A DNA stretch of 63,613 nt, filler included. It is 5 parts of 5 records of this genome, joined end to end, with 100 filler letters (N's around TTAATTAATTAA, not from the genome) between each part and the next. Parts side by side here need not be neighbours in the genome. Positions count along the whole stretch, not along the records: positions 33,699 to 57,805 come from SRR31156797_13870; positions 57,906 to 63,613 come from SRR31156797_13890; 3 more parts are not named here. One strand, given 5' to 3'. The stretch's first letter is position 1. Every line of letters starts with the position of its first letter. The notes below the pieces were generated by a model. The model was given only the letters and a program-made list of their open reading frames with translations. It was not told the DNA's origin and did no database searches. Shown here piece after piece: positions 49,533-60,169 of the stretch. The position numbers and the translations under genes were made by a program.

Positions 49533-50834
49533 ATGGGAAAGGAGATGAAAAGCAATCATTTTGTAAACCTCAACTTAAATGTTCGTGGTTTAAACCAATC
49601 GGCAACCCTTTTAATTAACGAACGAAGTAATAATCTGATTCACAAAGGGGAAACAGTGTACAAATTAGGATTGGGACAATCGCCGTTCCCGGTTCCTGAG
49701 ATTGTTCAAGAAGCACTGAGAAAGAATGCTCATCAGAAAGACTACCTTCCGGTACAAGGTTTAATGAAATTACGCGAAGCGATAGCTGAATTTAACTTTC
49801 GTCACCAGGGATTAGAAGGATCTCCTGAAGACATAATGATCGGACCAGGTTCCAAAGAGTTAATTTTTATTCTGCAACTGGTTTATTACGGAGAACTAAT
49901 CATTCCTACTCCGAGCTGGGTATCGTATTCTCCTCAGGCCCGTATTGCTGGTCGTCATGTGAGTTGGGTACCCACGTCGGAAGAAAGTGAATGGAAACTG
50001 AGCCCTGAAAAGTTGGATCTGATTTGCCGAACAGACCCTGACAGACCGCGTGTAGTTATCTTAAACTACCCATCGAATCCAACCGGTTCAACCTATTCCG
50101 ATAGTTGGCTAAGGCAACTCGCCGAAGTAGCCAGGAAATATAATTTGATTTTGGTATCTGACGAGATCTATAGTTTGTTGGACCATAAAGGGGAACACGT
50201 AAGTATTGCCCGATACTACCCTGAAGGAACAATAGTTAGTAGTGGTTTAAGCAAATGGGCAGGAGCAGGAGGTTGGCGACTTGGTACATTTACATTCCCC
50301 TCAGAACTTCGTTGGCTACGCGATGCCATGGCAATTGTTGCCAGCGAAACATTTACTTCTACCTCTGCTCCAATACAATATGCGGCAATTACTGCCTTTG
50401 AAGATCATCCGGAAATAGATGAATACCTGTTTCATTCGAGAAGGATATTGAGTTCTTTGGGGAATTATTTTGCCAACCGGTTACGCGAAAATTACATTAC
50501 CGTACCAACTCCAAAAGGTGGTTTTTACTTGTTCCCAAACTTTAATATTTACAGAGAACGATTAGCTGCAAAGGGCATATTAACCTCATACGAATTATGC
50601 GAATCGCTGTTAAACGATACAGGTGTAGCAATTTTACCGGGAATGGATTTTGGACGACAACCAGAGGAACTAACCTGCCGGTTAGCATATGTTGATTTTG
50701 ATGGTGAAGAAGTCTTGAATAAGGCCATGACCGATTATAAAGACCAGCCAATTACCGAAGAATTTCTGAAAAAATACTGTAGCAAAATAGTTTATGCAAT
50801 CGACAAAATAGAAGATTGGCTTGAAGAACTTTAG
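49533..50834 (+). CDS. PLP-dependent aminotransferase class I/II (aspartate aminotransferase-like)
   Basis: NYPSNPTG, SDEIY, SGLSKWAGAGGWRLG, GGFYLF. Confidence 0.92.
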   Translation: MGKEMKSNHFVNLNLNVRGLNQSATLLINERSNNLIHKGETVYKLGLGQSPFPVPEIVQEALRKNAHQKDYLPVQGLMKLREAIAEFNFRHQGLEGSPEDIMIGPGSKELIFILQLVYYGELIIPTPSWVSYSPQARIAGRHVSWVPTSEESEWKLSPEKLDLICRTDPDRPRVVILNYPSNPTGSTYSDSWLRQLAEVARKYNLILVSDEIYSLLDHKGEHVSIARYYPEGTIVSSGLSKWAGAGGWRLGTFTFPSELRWLRDAMAIVASETFTSTSAPIQYAAITAFEDHPEIDEYLFHSRRILSSLGNYFANRLRENYITVPTPKGGFYLFPNFNIYRERLAAKGILTSYELCESLLNDTGVAILPGMDFGRQPEELTCRLAYVDFDGEEVLNKAMTDYKDQPITEEFLKKYCSKIVYAIDKIEDWLEEL

Positions 50835-50960
50835 GTTTAAATTGATTTTAATCCATTGAACCTGAGTTCAGTTAATCCCCAAACAACTTTTCAATAAAAA
50901 AACCCCATTTCTTTTTGTTGATTTTTATCCTCAACTATTGTAACTTTCTGCACAAAAACA

Positions 50961-52073
50961 ATGAGAACCTTTCTGAAGCTTACGGCACAGTTATTCCGCG
51001 TTATTCTAGCCTTGTTCATTTTATTGTTTGCTCTCGCTACCTTTATGGGCAAATCCTACTTTCAAACCTTTACATTGGTTTTACTGGCCTTTGCTTTTGT
51101 ATGTTGGCCATTTAAATGGGACAAAACTACTTTAATGCTTAGTCGTCTTGCTTTTATTGCAGTGCTTCTTTTGCTGAATATCTTTTTCTTTAAACCCGAT
51201 ACAAGAACAAGTATTTATGCAAGCGAAGACATTAAAACTGAACTGTATACTATTTACGATAAAAATGTTAAATACTGGCCTGAAAATACTGAAGACCTCT
51301 ACCTCGACACAAAGTATGGCAAAGTTCATATTCTGGTTTGTGGCAAAAAAGAAAATCCTCCGTTAATGATGATTCATGCGGCTTCCATGGGGGCGCATTC
51401 ATGGGCAGAAAATCTGGCTCCATTGCTTGAGCACTATCGAATTTATTCGTTCGACAATATTGGAGAAGGTAACAAAAGTGAACTAAGCGATATAGAAATT
51501 TACCCCAAAGATGGAAAAGAACTGGCTGATTTATATGCTTCGTTGGCGGACAAACTCGGAATAAAGAGCTGCCCGGTTTTTGGTGCTTCAAACGGTGGTT
51601 ATATTGCACAGAATTATGCTTTTTATTATCCTGAAAAAGTAGAAAAGCTTGCTTTGTTTGGTCCCATGGGCTTAACTCATCTTACAATGAAAAGCATATT
51701 TATGCTTGGAGCCGCAACAATTTATCCTTTCGATAAAGTTAGGGAACATGTAGGCCAATGGGCGCTGGGAGACAGCGAAGTTGTAAATAAAAAATATGGA
51801 GATTGGTTTAATTGTATTTTGAAGGGAACTATTCCTTCGATATCGCAACCATTCCCGATGAGTTATGAGCAAAAACAACAAATGCAGCTCCCTGTTTTAC
51901 TTTTTTTAGGCACAAAAGATCCCATTGTCGGTGAAGTTTCGTATGCACAAAAAAAAGCTAAAGACTATCCAAATATTGAAATTGAAGTACTCGAATCAGG
52001 ACATCTCATTGCGGTAGAAAAGGCTGAAGTAGTGAATAAAAAAGTTAAATACTTTTTGAACCTTAATAATTAA
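50961..52073 (+). CDS. Membrane-anchored alpha/beta hydrolase
   Basis: N-terminal TMs, nucleophile elbow GASNG, GTKD, SGH. Confidence 0.85.
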   Translation: MRTFLKLTAQLFRVILALFILLFALATFMGKSYFQTFTLVLLAFAFVCWPFKWDKTTLMLSRLAFIAVLLLLNIFFFKPDTRTSIYASEDIKTELYTIYDKNVKYWPENTEDLYLDTKYGKVHILVCGKKENPPLMMIHAASMGAHSWAENLAPLLEHYRIYSFDNIGEGNKSELSDIEIYPKDGKELADLYASLADKLGIKSCPVFGASNGGYIAQNYAFYYPEKVEKLALFGPMGLTHLTMKSIFMLGAATIYPFDKVREHVGQWALGDSEVVNKKYGDWFNCILKGTIPSISQPFPMSYEQKQQMQLPVLLFLGTKDPIVGEVSYAQKKAKDYPNIEIEVLESGHLIAVEKAEVVNKKVKYFLNLNN

Positions 52074-52127
52074 CATATTATCTTTATTATTTTCTAAGCT
52101 ACAGTAATAACAATCTATAAAAACAAA

Positions 52128-53564
52128 ATGAAACAATACTTATCCCTCTTGACTTGTGCATTTCTTACACTGGCCTTTAACTCTTCGGCTCAACTAAACT
52201 ATATTGACCAAGGAAATAACACCGGCTTTAGTTTTGATACTTACGGACGTGTAGGTGTTGACTGGAACTACGATAATGGTGGATCAATTGGGAGAAGGCT
52301 AAACCTAAATAACATGGGTAGTATAGGCGGACGCCTGGAAGAACAAGACTACCTGGAGCTGGTTCCTACTTTTCATTTTAAGCCATTTAACGAAAACGAT
52401 CCAACAAAAATAAAAGTACAAACGCGTTTTTCGGTTTATTCAAAAAGCTTATCGCTTTTTGGCAACTCTTCAACCAGCAGCCTTGGAGGCCTGACTATTG
52501 CAATGCCTGAGATTTATGCCGAAGCCAGCAACATTAACGGGAAAGACCTTAACATTTGGATTGGAGCCAGGCTCTACAGAAATGCAGAAATACACATCGC
52601 CGACCACTTTTTCTTTGATGACCACTCGGGGCAAGGATTCGGCATTGAATATAAAAATACCCGTTTTTCTTCGATTTTTGTTTCTTCAACTGACACCACA
52701 AATGATGTTCCTCCGTATTTTTATTTAAACATTGGCGATGGGGTTGCAAACATCGCTCTGCGTCAACGTAATGTGCTTATTTTAGAACACGATATTAACC
52801 TGTCGGAAAACAATAAGCTCACAGGGCTATTTGAATTTCACAGAATGGGAGACACTCAAAATGACCCGGTTCCAGAGCAGTATGAAGATGATACTGAAAT
52901 AATACTGAATTATCCGGCTGACCATGGCCTTGTTTATGGATTTAAACTTCATTCCATATTACCTTCTTTGGGCAATGAAGCCTACAACACACTGGCCGTT
53001 CGATACGGGACACGTATTGCAAATGGTGGCGATGGAGGTCATTCCAAAACATGGGTTACTTACGGTGCGCCTGATTTAGATAAATTAAATTTCTCTGGTG
53101 CATATTCCTTATCGATTGTTGATGAGATAAAACTCGACTTAAGCGAAAAAAACAACCTGAATGCCTATTTGGTATTCACACAAAGCAAAGGCGCTGCCGA
53201 CACCAAAGGCAAAGCAAAAACATATTGGGGACGCGAAGTTTATAACTACAAACAAGACCTAACGCTTGGTTTTAGAGACGTACAATACATTTCCAATAAG
53301 TTCCATTTACTAAGCGAATTCCATTATTCTCAACGCACCGACGGGGAAGACCCAAAGTATAGTTATCAAAAATTCAGCCTAGCCCCAACTTTTGCCCCAA
53401 CAGGCCAAAAAAGTACCGGTGTAAGACCCCATTTCAGGTTCATTTTTTCATTGTCACACTACAACGATGCTGCCCGCGAAAACCTTTACTCGCCCTATTT
53501 GCAATTTGTTGGAAAACAAAAATGGGGACATTATTTAGGCGTAAAAGCCGAATGGTGGCTGTAG
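52128..53564 (+). CDS. LamB-like carbohydrate porin
   Basis: GRLEEQD, WIGARLYR...HIADHFF, RPHFRF, C-terminal GVKAEWWL. Confidence 0.8.
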   Translation: MKQYLSLLTCAFLTLAFNSSAQLNYIDQGNNTGFSFDTYGRVGVDWNYDNGGSIGRRLNLNNMGSIGGRLEEQDYLELVPTFHFKPFNENDPTKIKVQTRFSVYSKSLSLFGNSSTSSLGGLTIAMPEIYAEASNINGKDLNIWIGARLYRNAEIHIADHFFFDDHSGQGFGIEYKNTRFSSIFVSSTDTTNDVPPYFYLNIGDGVANIALRQRNVLILEHDINLSENNKLTGLFEFHRMGDTQNDPVPEQYEDDTEIILNYPADHGLVYGFKLHSILPSLGNEAYNTLAVRYGTRIANGGDGGHSKTWVTYGAPDLDKLNFSGAYSLSIVDEIKLDLSEKNNLNAYLVFTQSKGAADTKGKAKTYWGREVYNYKQDLTLGFRDVQYISNKFHLLSEFHYSQRTDGEDPKYSYQKFSLAPTFAPTGQKSTGVRPHFRFIFSLSHYNDAARENLYSPYLQFVGKQKWGHYLGVKAEWWL

Positions 53565-53585
53565 TTTTTCTAACTTTGCTTCCCG

Positions 53586-54317
53586 ATGGAAAGCAAACGC
53601 TTAAATAAAGCTATTTCGGAAACTGGTTTCTGTTCGCGGAGGGAAGCAGACCGGCTGATTGAAGCAGGTAAAGTAAAAGTTAATGGTGAGCCTGCGGGAT
53701 TAGGCGTACAGATTACAGCTGATGACAAGATTGAAGTTGAAGGCAAGCTGATCACCAAAGAGGTTCCGAACATTTACCTGGCTTTTCATAAACCTGTTGG
53801 CATTACTTGTACTACCGACCAGAATATAAAAGACAACATCATTGATTACATCAATTATCCTGAACGGATTTTCCCAATCGGACGACTGGATAAACCCAGC
53901 GAGGGGCTAATATTTTTAACTAACGATGGCGACATTGTTAACAAAATTCTGAGGGCAGGTAACAATCACGAAAAAGAATACATCGTTAGTGTTAATCGTA
54001 AACTAACGCAAGCCTTTATCCGCCAAATGAGCAATGGTGTGCCTATTTTAAACACCGTGACCCAAAAATGCAAGGTTACCCGAATGAGTGATTTTACCTT
54101 TAAAATTGTATTAACCCAGGGATTAAACCGGCAAATCAGACGAATGTGCACCCATTTGGGATATGAGGTTACCCGTTTAAAACGAGTTCGGATTATGAAC
54201 ATAGAACTGGGAAATCTAAAAAAAGGAAAGTTCAGGCATTTTACACCCAATGAAATAGCAGAAATAAATAAATTAGTTGCCCGTTCAATTAAAACAATGG
54301 AAGCATCAAAGGACTAA
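53586..54317 (+). CDS. rluF: 23S rRNA pseudouridine synthase F
   Basis: S4 domain RLNKAISETGFCSRREAD, GRLDKPSEGL, GNNHEKEY, QGLNRQIRRM. Confidence 0.9.
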   Translation: MESKRLNKAISETGFCSRREADRLIEAGKVKVNGEPAGLGVQITADDKIEVEGKLITKEVPNIYLAFHKPVGITCTTDQNIKDNIIDYINYPERIFPIGRLDKPSEGLIFLTNDGDIVNKILRAGNNHEKEYIVSVNRKLTQAFIRQMSNGVPILNTVTQKCKVTRMSDFTFKIVLTQGLNRQIRRMCTHLGYEVTRLKRVRIMNIELGNLKKGKFRHFTPNEIAEINKLVARSIKTMEASKD

Positions 54318-55201
54318 TGTTTATCTTTTAGCAACCTGTAATTCCGATATTCAAACAAACGCCAACCAAATACTTTCTCTATCCAATACAAAACCCGATA
54401 CTTGAGTTTCATATTAGTTTTCGACAAATCAATATCAACCTGCCAGTTTAAACGCTCAATACGTTTTTTCATTACTTTAGGATGAGTTCCCGTAAAAGGT
54501 GCAAGTGCATCGTATTCTCTGCTGTAGTTAAATTCGGTTTCTGTGACCTTTCTTTCTGCTTCATCTTCAGAAATACCGTCATAAAATGCTTTTACCGACT
54601 GTATTTTCTCCTGCATAAAATGCGGAGACCGAACCCAACCGTAGTGATATACTTCAGCTTCAATTTGTACTACTCTCAGCTTTCTATTTTGTTTCCTAAA
54701 TCCCTGCGCATCTTTATATGAACGTATGGTTTTATCATTTCTAATAATTCGTATCTCTTTCCGATACCAGTGTCGGCAATCGCCTACATAATCATAAGTT
54801 CCATAAAAATGAAGATAATTAAAGAGTAATCCTTCAACCTTATTTTTTTGAAGATTAACCTTCATTGTGTTGCGAATAACAGGCAAATACTTTTCATGCA
54901 CCACCTCATCACCCTGAATATAGAAACACCAATCGTATTCAGCCGGAATAGCATCAAATGCTTTGTTGGTTTCTGCCGCATACACAAATCCACCGGTTTT
55001 TAGTTCCTCATCCCAAGTAGTATCGACAATCGTGATTTTATCCGGAGAAATTTGTTCAATTACAGTTCTGGTATCATCATTTGAAAATCCAACAGCCACC
55101 ACAAAATGATCGCATATGGGTAAAACCGATTTAATGGCTTCAGCTACCGGAAAATCAAATTTCGAGGCATTACGAATAAAGGTAAAACCACAAACCTTCA
55201 T
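54314..55201 (-). CDS. Glycosyltransferase family 2 protein
   Basis: GFTFIRNA, WCFYIQGDE, YHYGWVR. Confidence 0.82.
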   Translation of the reverse strand: MKVCGFTFIRNASKFDFPVAEAIKSVLPICDHFVVAVGFSNDDTRTVIEQISPDKITIVDTTWDEELKTGGFVYAAETNKAFDAIPAEYDWCFYIQGDEVVHEKYLPVIRNTMKVNLQKNKVEGLLFNYLHFYGTYDYVGDCRHWYRKEIRIIRNDKTIRSYKDAQGFRKQNRKLRVVQIEAEVYHYGWVRSPHFMQEKIQSVKAFYDGISEDEAERKVTETEFNYSREYDALAPFTGTHPKVMKKRIERLNWQVDIDLSKTNMKLKYRVLYWIEKVFGWRLFEYRNYRLLKDKH

Positions 55202-55803
55202 GCCTTTCTTTTTATAAATATGTAAAACAGTAAAAATTCAATGGCAGAAATCAACATCAGGGTATCCCCCATTAGCTCAATCCCTTCTTCGGTGGCGGCT
55301 TTGGCCAACCGGTAGGTTTCTTCATCGTACAACAAACGCCAAAACTTTGATCGACCCATTAAGCGGCTAAACACCAGCGTAACCACAAAACCTGCCAAAA
55401 ACCATTGCGAAGGCGGTATACTAAAAAATGCAACAGTGGATTGTTTTATTTTTTTGAAATCGCGAATAATCAACCAAATCAGAAATGCAAAAACTACTAA
55501 TACCGGATAGATCCATTTATCGATTAAAAAATTAAACTCGCGTATAAAAGCCATTAAAAAAAAGAGCGAAATAAAATTAGAAACCACCTGAATCTCTTTC
55601 CATTTACAACCAAGAATAAGGTAAAAAACAAACAGGCTAAACAAAATAAGCTCCTGCCCCATTTCAGTTAAAGTAATTTCGCCAAAATAACCATCTTCCA
55701 TCGGGTGGGCAGCATCGAAAAAAATAGCCTCAGCAATTCCAAATAATAAGAGTCCGTAAGCTAAAACACGAAGGATAATAAATAACGGTGAATAAATCTT
55801 CAT
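55198..55803 (-). CDS. Hypothetical multi-pass membrane protein
   Basis: 201-aa hydrophobic ORF with FSRLMG and EEGIELMG motifs; overlaps the GT2 start. Confidence 0.75.
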   Translation of the reverse strand: MKIYSPLFIILRVLAYGLLLFGIAEAIFFDAAHPMEDGYFGEITLTEMGQELILFSLFVFYLILGCKWKEIQVVSNFISLFFLMAFIREFNFLIDKWIYPVLVVFAFLIWLIIRDFKKIKQSTVAFFSIPPSQWFLAGFVVTLVFSRLMGRSKFWRLLYDEETYRLAKAATEEGIELMGDTLMLISAIEFLLFYIFIKRKA

Positions 55804-55875
55804 AGTTCAAATTTTGGTCTAATTAACGAAATGTTCAGTTCCAAAATACATGTTTTGAAAAGCGAATTTAAAAAA

Positions 55876-56712
55876 TTATGACAACAAGGGCTGTACCGAA
55901 TGCGCAAAAGCATCTTCTTCGTTGCTTGGTACCAGCGGATATTTGTGTTTTATTTCTTTGGGAGAATTATTGGTTAAAAATGAAAAACCGGTAAAATCGA
56001 GCAAATCAAAATCGTTATAATCGTTGCCAAGCCCCATAGTCTCGTCAGCTTTTATTCCCAGTAATTTACAAATTTGGTTTAATCCATTACCTTTCGATAC
56101 TGACTTATGAAATACTTCAATCCAGATGTAACCGATTGATATGGGAGATGAAGCACGTATTACCCGAATCTCCGGACAAAGTGCTTCAATACTGGCTTTT
56201 AGCTTTTTAAACCGATCTTCATCCTGGCGAATAATAACCAAAAACTGGCACAACTCTCCTTCTGGCAGACTTGTTTTATCCAATGGTTTTGCAAAGGCAG
56301 CATTAAAATTAAAATAACGCTCAAATTCTTCACACTTATCCTTGCCCCTAAAATAATAATGCATATGATTTTCCGGAACTGGAAAAAAAGCATGAAAATT
56401 AATGTCATTCTGAATAAAATGGGCAAGCAGCTTTTGAACAGACTCTGAACCAACATTCTGACTTCCAATTAAACGCTTGTTTTTCCAATCAAAAATCCCT
56501 GCCCCCGAAGAAAACACAATATAATCAAAAGGCAACTCAGGATGCAGTACAACCTTAACTTTTTGTAAATTCCTCCCTGTTGCGGCAACCCGGATAATTC
56601 CCTTTTCACCCAATAGCAACAATGCGTGTTTATTGGCTTCACTAATTGTACGGTCGTTCCGTAAAAATGTACCATCAAGGTCGGTAGCAACCAGCTTAAT
56701 ATTCTTCATCAT
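55876..56712 (-). CDS. Cof-type HAD-superfamily hydrolase
   Basis: DLDGT, ATGR, SKG, GNDYND. Confidence 0.9.
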   Translation of the reverse strand: MMKNIKLVATDLDGTFLRNDRTISEANKHALLLLGEKGIIRVAATGRNLQKVKVVLHPELPFDYIVFSSGAGIFDWKNKRLIGSQNVGSESVQKLLAHFIQNDINFHAFFPVPENHMHYYFRGKDKCEEFERYFNFNAAFAKPLDKTSLPEGELCQFLVIIRQDEDRFKKLKASIEALCPEIRVIRASSPISIGYIWIEVFHKSVSKGNGLNQICKLLGIKADETMGLGNDYNDFDLLDFTGFSFLTNNSPKEIKHKYPLVPSNEEDAFAHSVQPLLS

Positions 56713-56905
56713 CCATTTTTAAACACGGTAAATTTATACAAATAAAACCCCTGTTACAATTCAGTTGTATAATTTTCTGTTAATCTTGTTCGCCATATTC
56801 CACCTTTTGTTCGTCGAAATTATTTTATGTTTGAACCAGCAGTAGATACATTTGAGTATTGTTTTATATTTGTGGCTTGTTTTAATACAGACAATTAAAA
56901 AAATA

Positions 56906-57622
56906 ATGAAGATAGCACTTATTGGTTACGGGAAAATGGGTAAAGAGATTGAAAAAATCGCTCTTTCGCGTGGCCACGAAACAGGTTTAATAATCGACAT
57001 CAGCAACAAGGAAGACCTTACGGTTGAAAACCTTCAAAAATGCGATGTTGCCATTGAGTTTACCATCCCTTCAACGGCGTTAAAAAATTACAACATTTGC
57101 TTCGACGCAGGTATTCCTGTGGTTAGCGGAACAACGGGTTGGCTTGACCAGAAAGAAGAGGTTTATAAAAAATGTGAAGATACCAATGGTACTTTTTTCT
57201 ATGGCAGTAACTTCTCGGTTGGCGTAAACCTTTTTTTCGAGTTAAATAAAAAACTAGCTGAGTTAATGGCTCCCCGTGCCGAATATGGTGTGGAGATGAC
57301 CGAAGTGCACCACACTCAAAAACTAGATGCACCAAGTGGCACAGCTATTAGTTTGGCAGAAGATATTATCGATAACTTACCCAATACAAATAGCTGGGTA
57401 AACGACAAAACTCCAACCACAGATGAGATGAATATCAAGTCGGAACGTGTTGGACAGGTTCCTGGGATTCATACCATAAAATACGAATCGGAAGTAGATT
57501 TTATCGAGATCACTCACAGTGCTAAAAGCCGCCAGGGATTTGCCTTTGGTGCTGTTTTAGCCGCAGAATATTGCCTCGGAAAGAAAGGCATTTTAACAAT
57601 GAAAGACTTACTTAAATTATAA
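56906..57622 (+). CDS. dapB: 4-hydroxy-tetrahydrodipicolinate reductase
   Basis: IGYGKMG, GTTG, NFSVGVN, EVHHTQKLDAPSGTA; start moved to ATG 56906. Confidence 0.97.
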   Translation: MKIALIGYGKMGKEIEKIALSRGHETGLIIDISNKEDLTVENLQKCDVAIEFTIPSTALKNYNICFDAGIPVVSGTTGWLDQKEEVYKKCEDTNGTFFYGSNFSVGVNLFFELNKKLAELMAPRAEYGVEMTEVHHTQKLDAPSGTAISLAEDIIDNLPNTNSWVNDKTPTTDEMNIKSERVGQVPGIHTIKYESEVDFIEITHSAKSRQGFAFGAVLAAEYCLGKKGILTMKDLLKL

Positions 57623-57633
57623 AACACGAATAA

Positions 57634-57805
57634 ATGATACGTTCAATCCTTTCAAATAAGTGGTTTAAATTTATCACTGTTGGAACACTGTATGCCCTTT
57701 GGGTAATCTGGCTGGGAAGCTATCTTTGGTTTCTGGGGCTCGCTATAATTTTCGACATTTACATTACTGAAAAAGTACATTGGGCTTTTTGGAAAAAGAA
57801 AAATC
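57634..57805 (+). CDS. lepB: Probable signal peptidase I N-terminus (3' truncated)
   Basis: Bacteroidota LepB-like N-terminal TM segment (WVIW...IFDIYIT..V.W.FWKK) directly after dapB; catalytic motifs not visible. Confidence 0.6.
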
Positions 57806-57905
57806 NNNNNNNNNNNNNNNNNNNNNNNNNNNNNNNNNNNNNNNNNNNNTTAATTAATTAANNNNNNNNNNNNNNNNNNNNNNNNNNNNNNNNNNNNNNN
57901 NNNNN
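57806..57905. other. Artificial contig spacer
   Basis: N44-TTAATTAATTAA-N44; GC content jumps across it. Confidence 0.99.
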
Positions 57906-57906
57906 C

Positions 57907-58272
57907 TATGTCGTCGCCTGCGCGCAGTTCGCCGTTTGTGCGGTTCTCGGCCTGGTCTGGGGTTGGGCCACCGAACCGGCGAGCCTGGACATTCTGCTCG
58001 CCGCCATGCCCTACACGATCTATGCCGGGGTGTTTTCGGTCGGCATCGGGTTCACACTGCAGGTCGTCGCCCAACGCCACACGCCTGCTCCCGATGCCGC
58101 CATCATCCTGTCGTCGGAAACCGTGTTTGCCGCCGTAACCGGCGTCATTTTCCTGGGCGAAATCCTGGGCGTTCCGGAAATCACCGGCTGCGGTCTGATT
58201 CTGGCCGGCGTCCTGGCGGTCGAACTGATCCCGCTTTGGCTGCTGGGCATGCGCCTTCGCTTAAGGAGATAG
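57907..58272 (+). CDS. DMT/EamA-family transporter, C-terminal part (5' truncated)
   Basis: GFTLQVVAQRHT, AAIILSSETVFAA, FLGE; frame open from the contig edge. Confidence 0.88.
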   Translation, partial: YVVACAQFAVCAVLGLVWGWATEPASLDILLAAMPYTIYAGVFSVGIGFTLQVVAQRHTPAPDAAIILSSETVFAAVTGVIFLGEILGVPEITGCGLILAGVLAVELIPLWLLGMRLRLRR

Positions 58273-59289
58273 GCGTTTACAGGCATCGACGACCGCTGTC
58301 GGAGAAATTCCCCGAATGCTGTCGCCTCCGTCCTGCAACCCGACCCGATCAGACACCGCGTCGGCGCGTTCCCACGGATAAAAAACGGCGTGCCCTTCGC
58401 CGTGCGGAAACCAGACGCCCGGTTTCGCCCGTGCCGCGAAAACCGCGACGCAGCGAACCCCGACCAGGGCCGCCAGATGCATCGGCCCGCTGTCGTGACC
58501 GAGGAAAAAACGGGCCCCTTTCATCGCCATGGCGGCAATGCGCGGTCCGCTTTGTCCGCACAGGTCCAGGACCGGTCCCGGCCAATCCGCCGCCAGTGCC
58601 TTTGACCGTTCCCTTTCGTTGGCGGCGCCGATGGTCATCAGGCCCAGATCCGGTGCCGCCAGGGCGGCCAGGACGTGGCGCCAGTTGTCATTGCCCCAAT
58701 CCTTGTCGTCTCCCTTGCCGCCGACGGAAAAGGCGATGAAGCGCTGCTTGCCCGGCCATTCGGCAAGAACGGCATCGGCGGCGGTTCGTTCCATCTCGGT
58801 AAAACCGGCGTCCCAGGCGCTGGCGGGAATCCCCTCGACGCCGACGGCGCGCAGCAGGCGCGACGTTTCGCTTTCCCAAAACCGATCGTCCCGGCGGCGG
58901 TATTGGCGTAGATCGCCGGTCCAGGGAAATCCGGTCATTCTGGGAATTCCACAGGCTCGGAAAAATGCGAATTCCCGTATCAGGCCATTGGTGCGCAAGG
59001 GTTCGGACAGATAGACCAGCCGGTCGGGTCGCCAGGCTCTTATCTGGCTGCGCAATTGCCACCACGTGGAAAAATTGCGGCTGCCGGGCGGAAACACGAA
59101 AAACCCGTCGACAAGTCCGGTTCCGGCCAGAAAATCCTGCAGCGGCGCGGCGGCTTCGCTGATCGGGCTGTTGGTCAGAATGCGGATTTCGGCGTCCGGG
59201 CGGGCGGCGGTGATGGCGTGCAGGGCCGGCAGGCTGACGATGCCGTCGCCAAGACTGCCGCGCCGAAATACCAGAATGCGTTCCGTCAT
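58261..59289 (-). CDS. Glycosyltransferase family 9 (heptosyltransferase-like)
   Basis: GSLGDG, DLCG, GHDSGPMHLAA; probable start MTERIL at 59289. Confidence 0.9.
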   Translation of the reverse strand: MTERILVFRRGSLGDGIVSLPALHAITAARPDAEIRILTNSPISEAAAPLQDFLAGTGLVDGFFVFPPGSRNFSTWWQLRSQIRAWRPDRLVYLSEPLRTNGLIREFAFFRACGIPRMTGFPWTGDLRQYRRRDDRFWESETSRLLRAVGVEGIPASAWDAGFTEMERTAADAVLAEWPGKQRFIAFSVGGKGDDKDWGNDNWRHVLAALAAPDLGLMTIGAANERERSKALAADWPGPVLDLCGQSGPRIAAMAMKGARFFLGHDSGPMHLAALVGVRCVAVFAARAKPGVWFPHGEGHAVFYPWERADAVSDRVGLQDGGDSIRGISPTAVVDACKRLSP

Positions 59290-59401
59290 CCATTCCCCCG
59301 TTCGCCCCATCATACCGGCGGCGTATCGGACTTGCACGGGCCCTGTTATGGCCGATAATCGGGTTTCATCAACGGCGAGGCAACCGAAAGGCGCGGCACG
59401 G

Positions 59402-60169
59402 ATGAAGACGTTGGTCTATCAGTCCTTCCGGCAGACGGACCGGCCGGCCTGGATCGAAACCTGCCTGCAAAGCGTCCGTGCCTGGGCCGAAGCACAGGGC
59501 TTCGAATACCGTTTTTTTGGCGATGAGTTCCTTGAACAGGTGCCCGAATGGTATCGGCGAAAGGCCGCCGGGCGCATTCCCATCGTAACCGATCTGGCTC
59601 GCCTGCTGGCGGCAAGGGACCACTTGGCCGAAGGCTTCGCGCGGGTGATCTGGCTCGACGCCGATGTTCTGGTCTTCGATGCCGACCGGCTTCGCATCGA
59701 CGTGACCACGGAATTTGCCTTCGGGCGCGAGGTCTGGGTGCAGAAAACCGCCGCCGGGGGCCTTCGCGCCTATCGCAACGTTCACAACGCGATCTGCGTT
59801 TTCGTGGTCGGCAACTGCTTCCTCGATTTTTACATCCACGCCTGCCAATCGGTGATCTCGCGGCTCGATGGCGGCGTTCCTCCGCAGATCGTCGGGCCGA
59901 AGCTGCTGACGTCGCTACACAATTCGATCGGTTTCGAATTGATCGACGGCGTCGGCATGTTCAGCCCGCTGGTGGTCCGCGATATCCTTGCCGGCGGCGG
60001 CCCTGCGCTCGATCTCCTGGTCAAACGATCCGACGGCCCCTTATGCGCCGCCAACCTGTGCGCGTCCCTGGCCGACGGCGTTCACGACGGTGTTGCGCTC
60101 GACGATGCCGGTTTGGCCCGGGCCTGCGAACGTCTGCTGGCCCACCCGTTTACTTCGGCCGGACCTTGA
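59402..60169 (+). CDS. Putative GT-A fold glycosyltransferase / nucleotide-sugar transferase
   Basis: SVRAWA...YRF, TDLARL, DxD motif WLDAD, GPKLLT; start MKTLVYQS at 59402. Confidence 0.6.
   Translation: MKTLVYQSFRQTDRPAWIETCLQSVRAWAEAQGFEYRFFGDEFLEQVPEWYRRKAAGRIPIVTDLARLLAARDHLAEGFARVIWLDADVLVFDADRLRIDVTTEFAFGREVWVQKTAAGGLRAYRNVHNAICVFVVGNCFLDFYIHACQSVISRLDGGVPPQIVGPKLLTSLHNSIGFELIDGVGMFSPLVVRDILAGGGPALDLLVKRSDGPLCAANLCASLADGVHDGVALDDAGLARACERLLAHPFTSAGP

Noticed and set aside
1428-57335. Short antisense or alternate-frame ORFs of about 60-185 aa inside annotated genes (e.g. 20687-21241, 19315-19779, 38447-38788)
   Set aside because: Nested in well-supported CDSs with no RBS or motif support.
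11941-57905. Four identical TTAATTAATTAA motifs in N runs, considered as a repeat or recombination site
   Set aside because: Artificial contig-joining spacers with six-frame stops; ORF-track proteins containing X or ending in LIN are artefacts, and no synteny should be inferred across them.
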